A DNA stretch of 64,000 nt from Vicugna vicugna (lineage: Eukaryota): NCBI GenBank assembly GCA_013265495.1, contig MU058781.1, positions 8,599,009-8,663,008 of the forward strand, written 5' to 3'. The notes beneath the pieces are model-generated. The model was not told the origin of the DNA, did no database searches, and was given only the letters and a program-made list of their open reading frames with translations. This document shows positions 50,581-61,740 of this stretch, one piece after another (position 1 is the stretch's first letter; each line of letters starts with the position of its first letter). The position numbers and the translations under genes were made by a program.

Positions 50581-52554
50581 AATGGAGAGAGACCATGTTA
50601 GAGCAATATGTTTGTTTCATTTTCTAAATGATACTTAAGAAATACATTCCCTAGCTGTTGAAGTTTTGTTGTTGTTATGGTGGGTAGCAATCTTTGCCTT
50701 AACACATTTTAAGCAGGGAGAGTTGAATTTCACTAGGACTTGTGTGGCGTCTATCAGACTCCGCCTCGTCCCCCCCACCGCCTTTTGAACACGGGATTTG
50801 AAGTTTAGTGATGTTATGTTTTTGGCCTTCTCCTTGTGCTAATTCTCTAATTTTTCAATAGTAGAGAAGAGAGGATTGTTTCATTGAGTTGAGTTATGTT
50901 CTGCAGCGTATCCACTTGCTCCCAGGACTTGAGAGTTCCTTATACAGTGAAATGTTCCACCTTGTGATGCTCTGGTGGCTACCACTCTGATGAAGGTGAC
51001 CCGAATGGAGACATTCTTTTTGCTCAGGTTTTAAAGTGAGTTTCTTTCTTCCAGCAGGTACAGATCTCCTACATATATTCTGTTTTCTTCGAGGGCTTCC
51101 AAGTACCCCCGTTTTTGCTTTAAGTAGTAGAGACTAATGTTAACTCCTCTCTTATTGTATTCCATCTTCCAGCTCACTTCTCTGAACCTCATTTTCCTCA
51201 TTTATTTGTAAAGTAAGAATCTCTCCTTTAACTCGTGGGTTCTTCATGAAGATTGCATCAGGCAACATATGATGTGGAGAAGCCTAAAGCAATACAAAAA
51301 GCAAAATCTTATTGTCACGATGATCATTTTTGTTACTCTCTAGAAGACATGAACCATCCTTTAGACGTTTGGCTCTCAGCTTACAGGGACATTCATTTCT
51401 TGTTTTACTATTTCTTTTCTGATTGAGACTTAATGTAGTAACTTGAGTATTTGGGATTTTGATGTTTATTTTAGGGTTGAAACTTGAACACTGCAAACTG
51501 GAAGTGAGAAAGGAAGCTGAATTTATTGCCTGTTTTCTTTTAGTTTATTAATTCTAGCTTTTCAAAGCCACAACTGTTCTCTTGTCACAGTTTTACAAAT
51601 GGATATGTGAGAGCATAAAACAGAATTTAAAATATTAAAAATGAACTTTCTCCTTATATTTTCACTTGCTAATATTCAACTTTACTAAAGATCAGCTGGG
51701 TGTAAAAAACTGAATATAGATTGTAGGTTTTGGGGGGGATGTTCAAACAAATTTTACTTTTTTCTAATTTAAAAGCTTACTAATTAGAAAAGAAACACAT
51801 TTCCAATGTTATTTGCCACTGTGGCATTTCTTGTTGGATTCTGGTGGCAAATACTACTTTTGGGGGCAGATATTTCCTACTTCAATCATAGGTTTTTAGT
51901 GCTGCAGTAAGCATCAGGGTTCATCTTGTTTAGCCATTTTCAAGTATGTGAGAAAATTAAGGCTCTGAAAGGAAGATGGTTTGTCATCACAGGACAAACA
52001 GCACAGCCGGGATGGAAATGTAGTTCTCTGGGTTTTCCTTGTTGAACCATCCTGCCTTATAAAGCTCACGGTTGTGTTCACAGAAGTTGGTGAAGTTGCC
52101 CACACACAGTTCAGAAGAGGAACAGTCAGAGGTGCATTCTGTGTGCTCTTTGGACTTTTAAATTTTTCCTGTCAATCCTTGCAATGGTATAGGTGTTAAT
52201 TAATTGCCACAAAATACGGGAAGTAAACAAGTTCTTTTGTGATGTTCTCTTGGAATCTCTTTAGTAATAATTCTGACTGACTTGGTCTTTCAGTGTCATC
52301 CCAGTTACCTCTGACAAGGATGGTCAGAGGGCAGAACACAGCTTTGTTTCTACAAGCATGCATCAGGGTTCCTCTGGCTAACTGTGACTTCCTGTTTACA
52401 TACCGTGGGTTAAAACTGCTTTCATGTGGGTTCTGAGGTAAGTAGGGAGGTTGAAAAGACTTTAGAGACAGCTACCACAGTTGGACTTCTCTTCCTCTTT
52501 TTGTTTACTTGGAAATCTCTGGTTATTTAGTTCTAGAGTATTTTTTCTTAAAGA

Positions 52555-55165
52555 TTTATTTAATTCCTTTATTGTAAAATACAATAATAAATTTTAAAAT
52601 TGCAAAGAAATACATAGGTTAGGGAATCATTTTAAGTCAAACGTCCCTGTAACTGCCCCCTAATTCAAGAAATGAAACATTGCCAGTCACTCTGGAAACC
52701 CCTTTGTGTTCCCCGTCACACAGCTCGCTCGCCCTACCTCCACGGGTGGCAACTATCTTGACCTTTACAATAACCACTTCTGTATGGCTTGATCCCTACG
52801 GCTCTGTCACCCACATTTTATTCTTAAGAGCAGTAAAGTTAAATTTTTCCCATTAAAAAAACAACCGGTGTATATTTTAAGTCTGTCTTAATCAACAGTT
52901 TCCCCTTCTGTCGTTTTCTTTTCCTTAATAGTTTACCTGTTGAAGAACGTCGGCCTTTTGACCTGAGAGCTCTCCATAGTCTGAATTTTGTTGATGGCAT
53001 GTTCCCATGCAGTTCAACATGGTCTCCTGTCTTCTGATTTTGCTGCAAATTGGCAGCTGGCCGTAGAGCCTTGGCAGGATTTTAGATTGAGCTGTATCCT
53101 TTCATCAGGAGGCTCATAATGCGGGATGGTTTCCGTGTTCATGACGCTCTCTGCCATTGATGCATAATGCTCAGATTCATTATTTCATTGGGGTTTGGAA
53201 AATGGTGACATTCTGTTATATCACCTCGTTGTCAGAAGTTAGCTGTAATAATTTTATAAGATGTTTCCCTTCATCTGCTGTTTACTCCTAGGGAAAGGCA
53301 GAAAAATTCTAGATCCTTTTATTGACCTGGTTTCCAAAATAATAAGTTAGTTTCCTATTATTCTGAAAAAGTGACTGATAATCTTTTTTTTTATGTATGT
53401 TTAGAAACTCATGAATTTAAACATATTTGGGCTTCAGTCAATTGTGATTCTTACCCAGGTTCAAACTGTCCTGTCTTGGGCCACTTTGATCCCCTTTGGG
53501 TTGGCTTCTGAGTCATTCTGACATGACCCTGTACTCTTTGATAGCTTCCTTGCTCTCACATGGTTTGATAAGATGTTCTAAGCTCATCTTGTACGTTTCC
53601 TGTTCCAGACATGGACTCAGCCTTTTCTCTGAGAGGCCCTGGCTTTTTTTTAATGGGAAATGGCATTTCATCACCACTCCAGGGTGCTTTGCTTCTGTGT
53701 TGGTTGTTGTTTCTAGGCCTTTTCAGTCTTCTAATTGATGCACACACTCAAACACAAATTGTATATAAAATACCTGATGAGTTCATTTTGGTGTTTCCAA
53801 CTTACATGTAAGATTACAGGGTTTTTACCTTAATCTCATATATTACATTTGTTTCCTACTTCTTCATCAAGAATCCTAGTTCTCAAGAGCATAGAGGGTG
53901 ATAGAATTATCCCGTGTTCCTCATTAGCTTTATCCCACTTTGTACATAGTAGTTTCAGAATAATAAAAATACTTGTACACACATCACCAATCATGATTAC
54001 TGAAAAAGTTAAAAAGATTTTTTTTGGCAAATGCTATATTTCCATTCTCCTCCCAGATACTTTTAAATGGGAGTTCTGTATCTACATCATCAAATCATGT
54101 AGTCTTTATGTACTCAGTCTCTCCCTTTCAAACCTTATTTGGTATTCATTCCATAAATAATTATATATTTAGTGCTCACTAGACCTTATGTCAAAACCCT
54201 TCTAGTTATTTTTGGTGGTTTGAAGTGCTATTTTAGTAGGTTCCTTAGGAAAGGCTCCTGGGAACAACAGTCCCTTACTTGTGGTGTGTTGATAATAGTT
54301 AATGATCTTTATACTTGACAATCACATTTGCTGGATATAAAATACTTGGGTCATGTGTTCTTTCTGGTGTAGAGTACTGCTTTTGAAGTCTGGTGGCAAT
54401 GTAATTTTTCCCTGTATAAGTCATGGGTTTGTTTTTCTTGTTGTTGGTTTTTTTGTTTGTTTGTTTTTTTGCCTGGATGCTCAAAGGAGATGTTTCTTTT
54501 TCTTTAGAGTACAGTGATTTTATTAGAATGTGCCTTAGTGTTGATTGTTCTGGGACAATATCCTCAGGAACATAGTATGATCTTCCAACATACAGAAAAA
54601 TCTTTAAAAAAATTTTTTTGGTAAGTTTTCTTGAATTATAATTTTTAGTATTCCATTCCATTGCCTTCGGGTTTCTTTTTCATGTTCAGGAACTCCTTTT
54701 ATTCTTAAGATTTTCTTTGCCTATGTTCAATGAGTTTTACTTTCTCTTGAATCCTGTGGTCTTGCTAAACTAACTTACTAGTTCTAGTAGCTTTTTATTA
54801 AATTCCTGTAGGATTTTATACCTACCCAATCATTTCATTTGTGAAGAAACCTTTTTAATTCCTTTTTCCTGTGATTGTATGCCTTTCTTTCCTTATTGCC
54901 TTAGCTAGGGCCACTAGTACAATAGTGAATAAAAGTGGTAAGAGAGGGCATCCTTACCTTGTTTTTCCTCTTAGAGAGAACAAGTGATGTTAGCTGTAGG
55001 TTTATTATAGATATCCTTAATTAATTCAAGGAAGTTCTCCTTTGATTTTAGTTTGCTGAGACTTTTCTCATGAATGGATTTAGAAATTAGTCAAATACTT
55101 TTTTTGCTTCTGTTGAGATGACCTTTGGTTTTTCTTTTTCAGTATGTTAATATAGTAAATGTGCT
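52555..55165 (-). mobile_element. Composite of old L1 fragments (L1MC/L1MD/L1ME-like)
   Basis: aagaaatgaaacattgccag, aagctcatcttgtacgtttcctg, ttgctggatataaaatacttggg, ctagtacaatagtgaataaaagtggtaagagagggcatcctt. Confidence 0.75.
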
Positions 55166-56458
55166 TCTATTTTAGGAACTTGGACCCGTTTGCTTAGGGG
55201 GTGATGGAAAGGATGACAGGATCACAGTTGACTGAGGCTTGGCTTCCCCTTGAGAATATGGGGGTTGCTATTCTTTCAAGAGTGGTTATTGTGGGCCTGT
55301 GGTGACTTTAAGTCCCTTGGTGGCACTGTTCTGCTTACCCGGTGGTAGTGCCGGCACTTACAGGGCCACATAGAAGACCTACTTTTCTACCATTGAGATC
55401 TGTACTCGAGGCCGTAACTTGTAGGGAACTCTGGCAGCCGATGGCTGAGGGGAGGGGGACTCAAACCATTGTTCATCTCTAGTCAGAGAGGTCAGCTTTT
55501 CTCCACTCCTTTCACCTTTGAGCTATAGGTTTTTTTGGGGAAAATCACATGTTAAAAAACATTTTACACGAATCATGTCATGATTTGGGTTGCTCGTGGT
55601 CCCTTCCCCAGTTTTCCATCAATGCCATGGATTCACTATCATTTATGTTTATGTATGTGTGTATATACATATATGATAAGCTTATATATATTAAAATATG
55701 TAAATGTTATATGTAACATTATGTATATAAAAATGTTACATATATTCTCCAAAATTTTGGAAAGACACAGAGGTAGGTGTTTCTCTTCGTTTGGTCATCT
55801 CAGCACTCTGCTGGAATCAAAGTACATAATTGGGCTTTCCCTTCTAGCAGGAGTTAGAATATAGTAAATTCCCAGGCCTATTTTTTATTTTAAATAAGGC
55901 ACCAGTGACAGCAGCTGCTGTGGTTCCAGTTAAACAGGCTCCTCTACAGCAGTTCTGAGTATAATTCTTGTTTCTTTCAAGTCCCATTTCCTTTATTTCT
56001 AGCTTCAACTTTAGAATTTTTTATAATATTTATGTGGCCATAACAGTCTAGTTTTATTTTCATGTATAAAAATACAGATAATACATAGTATCTTGCTTAT
56101 TAGTTCTGAGATAAAAATGAGGGACATCAGTCTAATAGTGATGGTCCTCTCTCTCTTTCATATATATATATATTACATGTAATATATATATGTATGTGTA
56201 TACTTACTTCTGTGCATTAGTAAAACATACAGTTATTTAAAGGACCAATTAATTGATTAATTTCAGTAGAATACAGAGGAAAATCTCCAGAGGGAAATGG
56301 AGCTTTTAAATTAACCATAAATGTCAGCTAGCCTTAATAATTACGAAAAGCATCCCAAGAATGACATGCTTTGTTTGTACAGATAAAGTGAAAATAATTA
56401 ATAGGATTATACAGTTAAAGCAAACCAAATCGTTCTCTTCATCCTTACTGTATATAAT

Positions 56459-56550
56459 TTTTTATATACAGTAATTTTTATATACACCAAATATTTTTAT
56501 ATACACCAAATATTTTATATACAGTAATTTTTATATACACCAAATATTTT
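56459..56550. repeat. Mosaic AT-rich tandem repeat (units A of 15-16 bp and B of 19 bp, order A-B-B-A-B)
   Basis: A = tttttatatacagtaa and B = tttttatatacaccaaata; seen directly. Confidence 0.92.
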
Positions 56551-58175
56551 ATAGTTGCTACATAGCAACTCTTATAAACTGTTTATTTATTTATAAGAGT
56601 GAAAATCCTTTGATGAAAATTCAAATGTAGATAAATAGTGTTAATAGAAATCAAATGTAGTTCCTCCGATTGGATTATCTGTATTTCTGACGACGAAAAA
56701 AGATTCTTATTTGATGGTGGGCTTATAAATTTTAAGAGATGTAAGCATGGCTGTCAATCACAGCTTTAGTTAATGATTGATTTTAGTGTTATCTCCTGGT
56801 ATTACTTTTTCTTTCACTTACTAAATTGCAAGAGGCTTCTTAAAAATGTACTGTGTGTAAAGTGAATTTTAACGAGGCATTGCTCTCGAGGAGCTTGCAG
56901 TCTTGTAGGGAAGAGATGAAAGAGCTGCAGCACTGTAAATCAGTGCTGAGCACCGTCAAGTCATTTGCCGTAAGAATAGTACTGATAATTTAGAACAGTG
57001 ATTTATTCTGAATTCGCTGGTTCAACTAGAGTACATTAAAGTGAGTTTTTTTAATAGCACCCTAAAATACTGATACTCTCTGCCTCTTTCCTCTCCAGTA
57101 ATACGTCTTGATCATGCAGAGGTTAGAGCTTGCTGACGACCAGTTAAGGCAGTTTAACTTACTCTCATCTTTTGCCTTGCTCCAGTAGGTAAGGGTTCCA
57201 TGACCACGGAAGTTAGCCAGAGAGACAGCTCCTGTAGACTCGTACCTTTTCCAGGACCAAGTGTCTCTCACTTGGTCACTTCTTACTGTATTATTTTAAA
57301 TAACAGAACACTTTTCTGTTATTCCTCCAAAGGATCAGTTTTTCCATTAACTAATGGCTCTTTGGAAAAGTGACTTTATTTTATTTTATTATTTTATTTT
57401 TTTGGAAAAATGACTTTAAAAACAATGTAAAAAACTTTAAAAATTTTGTTTAGGAACCTTTTTAAAGTTTTCACAACAACAGCTTTTTATTCAGATTATG
57501 TAGCTAATTCTAAATTTTAAATTTGCCTGGGCCTCTTACCAGAAACCAGATTGGGATCTAATAGTACTCTAGCTCAAATCGTATTCAGGCTGGAACTCTA
57601 AATAAGACCAAGTATGCATTTTCTTTCAGAACTTTTATCCCTTTAATCCAGTTTTTCCTTGGAACTGGGACTTTAAATTTCCCTCATTCCTTCCTTGTAG
57701 TATGGTTTCATGTCTTAATTTAATTTTGATCTTTCATTGGTGAATGTGATAATTAGAGTAAACTATAAAGAGATGTGCAAATTGGATGGTGAACTGAATA
57801 AATGTAACAGCTGATCAGGGCATCTCAATGTCGCGTTATTAAGGTTTTCCTATATACTGCTATACTTTTGAGTTTCATTAAAAAAATTCATTTCCTTTTC
57901 TTTCTTTGTTCCTTTCCTTTCTTGAAGGACATTACCTTCTAAAGTGTTCGCTATGAGTAGACGAACGGGGATATTGATCTTAGGGGAGGTGAACTAAGTA
58001 CAGATTTGCTTTTCATTTTATGGGGATATTCTCCATAATAAGAATATACATGTCATATACTTCAAGTTATTTTTTATGTGAATTCTTTTAAGGAAGGAGT
58101 GTTTCACTTACTTGCCTTAATTAGCTTATCAGGAAGGAAATGATTGGTTTAAGTACTAAGTGCTGTGCAAGTCTT

Positions 58176-58253
58176 TTTTTTTTAATTTCTTATGAAATGT
58201 AGTTGATTTACAATTTTTTCCATTATATGTTATTACAAGAAATTGAATATAGT
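58176..58253 (-). mobile_element. 78-bp internally deleted L1 3' tail with 16-bp TSD
   Basis: TSD gtgctgtgcaagtctt (58160-58175) and gtgctgtgcaagtttt (58254-58269); polyT; aligns in two blocks to 37915-38055. Confidence 0.85.
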
Positions 58254-58384
58254 GTGCTGTGCAAGTTTTAAATGCAGTTAGGTATCATATATACAGTGGT
58301 CTGGTTTTTGTGAGTCTCACTTATCTTACTTTGCCTTAGACCTTGAGGTTACACAAAAATGTGATTGAACTTTAAACTTCATGA

Positions 58385-58888
58385 TTTAGGGTAGGAAGAG
58401 GAAACCTTTGCATATGTACCCTCTTAGTTTTGGCAACTGGGACCTGGGAAAAGTGATAAAAGACAGATTAACAGGAAAAAACCAAAACAGACAGATTTGG
58501 TTATGTAAGTATGCAGGAATTAGAGTTTGGGGATTGTATACTATCTTAACACAGGGGGTAAAGAGTGGAGAAGACTTCAGACAAAGGAGAAGGGGGTTGG
58601 GGGCTTCTTGGGGAGGTGTAAATTATGGAAAGGGATGAGGGAATATGTGATTGTTCAGTATGTTTTGTTACACAAGAAAAGGTCCTGTGATAAGAGCTGT
58701 CTCTGGAGTAGTTCTTGTACTGGTGAGGGAGACACTTGTACAATTGGAAATTTATGTCCTGCTTTTAGCCAAATGGTACTGGGGAGAGAGCATTTTTCCT
58801 GAGTCTGCTGTTTCTTAATTGCCTTCAGCTCAAAATAATTCCTTTGGCAAAGTGACATATTTTGGGGTGCATGTTCTGGTCTCCTTCA
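58385..58888 (-). mobile_element. ERV1 solo LTR (MER34-like) with 4-bp TSD ATGA
   Basis: Minus strand begins tgaaggagaccagaacatgcaccccaaaatatgtcactttg...attattttgagctgaaggcaatt, as in MER34-type LTRs. ATGA at 58381-58384 and 58889-58892. Confidence 0.88.
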
Positions 58889-60599
58889 ATGAAAAAAGAA
58901 GGTTCTGAGTGATGGATAACATTACACCAAATTTTATGAGGCCACCTGATTCTTTATTTGACCCTGCAGTAATTCCTCTCATTTGAACTCAGAACAGTAA
59001 AGTTATTTGCAGTATTTCATTTTAAAAGTCCTAATATTAAGATATATTTTATCATGCTTGTAATATATTAGTACAGTACTCCATGTGTATTATTTATATT
59101 CAGTTGTATGCATTTAGGTATTTGGGGTACATCTTTCTCTCTCTCTCTCTCTTGTTAACTGGTGGATACCTTGGTAAAAGTTTTGTGGCCATTGGTTGTA
59201 AATTTATTCGTACTTATTAACGTACTAACCTTGTAAGTAAAATGTTCATTTGTATTTTTCAATTTGCATATTTCAAAAAAAATTTTTTGTCTTCAACTTC
59301 ATGTATATTCCTTGAAGACAGATTGCTCTTGGTATTAAAACGGGCCTCTAAGCGTATATTGTACACATAAAAGGCACAAAATATTTCTTTAAAGAATTTG
59401 TGAAAATTGTATATAAAATGAAGTTTTTCATTGTCATTATTTACTTAGAAATTTTTATAGATTCATAGCATGGCAGTTAGAAATGGTGGCAGTAGACTGA
59501 GGAGACAGGTTAGAAATGACATATTGAGAAGTAATAGCCGACACAAAAGAAAGAAAAGAATCAATATATGTGGCTTACTGAGATTACTTACTATGGGGCC
59601 ACATAACCTTCTGGATCTTGGTGACCTCTGGCTTAGGACATCATTATATCAAGGAAGGCAAAGGTCAGTGATGGATGACTGCCAGTACTGTCTTTACTTT
59701 GACCTCAGGCAAGCTATTTAATCTTTCTGGTCCTCAGTTTCCTGTTTTATAAATGAAATGACAGGGCCAGAAAATTTTGGATGTCTCTTACAAATGTGAA
59801 ATTCTATATCTACAATGATGATCTAAGGCAATCAACGACAGGTTCAATTAGGTTCACTATATTTCGTGTAATAAGAAATGCAAGCATGCCATGTATTTTA
59901 GAAACATTTCCTACGTAGTTTTTTGACTGGGATGTAGGCTAGTGTGTAGGGGTTAAAGCTTTGGGAGGTGAAAGAAGGCAAATCTGAATGAGTAAGTGCA
60001 AGTTATCTAGAAGTAGAGTTTAATAAGAAGGACATACAGCAAAAACAGATTTTGAAGTAATGAACTCCCCTCCTGAGGAAGTAAAGCAGAAGCCACATGG
60101 CCACTTCTAAGGGATGTTACAGGAAATAGTGACCACCTGGAAAAAATCTGTTCAGTTGGGCAGCCTTGCTATCTAAGAGGAGATCTCGGAGTGTTGGGGA
60201 GCTCTTTGAGGCTACCTAAAGTACTTTAGGAATGTCTGTGGGGAAGAGTATGGCGCACACGTCCTCTTAGATGGGGCTTCATCTCTGGGTGCTGGTCGGG
60301 GTGTGTTACTGCAGCTGCCGGGGAGTCCTTTCCTTTGTGCTGTTTGGGTGTCTAACTTCTAAGAACCATGTTATGAGTATCTTTTTTATATTTTTAATTC
60401 CTTATTCAACAGGGTTAACTTATTTAGACTTCAGGATGTTTCCTTTCCAGATTTATTCTGTGCATATGGCTTCTTGATACCTTCTTTATGGAAATGGGAT
60501 GTAACTTACACCTTGTTCTATAACTTGGTGTTTTCTCGTAACCGTATATTGTGGACACTTCTCCATGGCAGCCCTCGTGTGTCTCCATCATTCTCTTAA

Positions 60600-60850
60600 A
60601 TGACAGTGAACATTTATGAAGTTTTTACTATTTGTCAGCACTTTAAAAAATCGTTTTCATCAATCAGTGAATCAATAAAAAGTAACTCACTTAACCGTCA
60701 CAACAACTCCATGAGGTAGAAACTTCTGTTAAATGGAGACTCAAAATCACGGGGAGGTTAAGTAATTCACCTATTGTTGCCTAGTAAGTAGCGGGGCCAG
60801 CATGAGAAGCCGGGTGGTCTAGCTCCGGAGTCGTGCCCTCCATCACTTTG
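60600..60850 (-). mobile_element. MIR
   Basis: cacaacaactccatgaggtag...ggggaggttaagtaattcacc...ctagtaagtagcggggccag. Confidence 0.8.
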
Positions 60851-60949
60851 CTGCCCTGTTTCTTGACTGACTATGCAGTTCCTTTGTATGCCTGTGCTAG
60901 AACTCATTTACTTCACTTTGAGCGTCCCTCTCCCCAGTTTTTGCACCCA

Positions 60950-61740
60950 CAGTATTCCAGGCTCTGTTCTATGTCCAGGAATGTCTCTGTGAACCAGAAC
61001 ACACACCACCATCCCTGTCCTTAGGAAGTTCACACTGGGGAGGTGAATGGGGGTAGACTACGAAAAACATCAAGGCATAAGGTACAGGAGGAGGTGAGAG
61101 GCGGTGTGAAGAAGGAGTAAGCCAGTGAAGGGACCGATGGTGCTGTTGTGGTCTTTAAACGCAGTTGTAAACGCAGTGTGAAGATGACCTACGAGCCCAG
61201 CCCTGGCGGATGAAGGGCAGTGCACCGCATGGACGTCTGGGCATCAAATGTGTCAGTGGAGGAAACAGCAAATGCAGAAGCCTCATGTGAGCGCCCACAT
61301 GACATCTTCCCGAAACACTTAGAAGGCCTGTTGCAGCCGGAACAGAGTGAGTGAGGGAGGAGTAGGAGTTTCATGAGGTGAAGGAGGGAGGGGTGGCAGG
61401 CAGTATAGAACCTTGTAGACCAGTTTTAAGAACTTTGACTTTTAATCTTTGTAGGGCAGTGAACTATGAGAAGATTTAGGGGAGAGGGTGCTTTGTTCCA
61501 GCTTTCATTTTAAAATCATCATTCTACTGTGTGGGGACCAAACCACAAGGGAACAAAAGTGGAAGGGGAGAAAATGTTAGTGGGTTGGACCAGGGTGGTG
61601 GACGTGCAGGTGAGGAAAAGTGGTTGGAAAGTGGATTCTTCTGAAGGTCAGTGGGATTTGCTGATGGATTGAGAGTGAGAGGACAAGATGGATTGAGAAT
61701 AATTCCAAGATTTGCGGAAACAGTAGTTGGAAGGGTGTCT
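60950..61740 (-). mobile_element. L2 fragment
   Basis: ccttgtagaccagttttaagaactttgactttt and tgaaggtcagtgggatttgctgatggattg. Confidence 0.75.

Noticed and set aside
56459..56550. CRISPR-like repeat array
   Set aside because: Eukaryotic context, no unique spacers, no cas genes.
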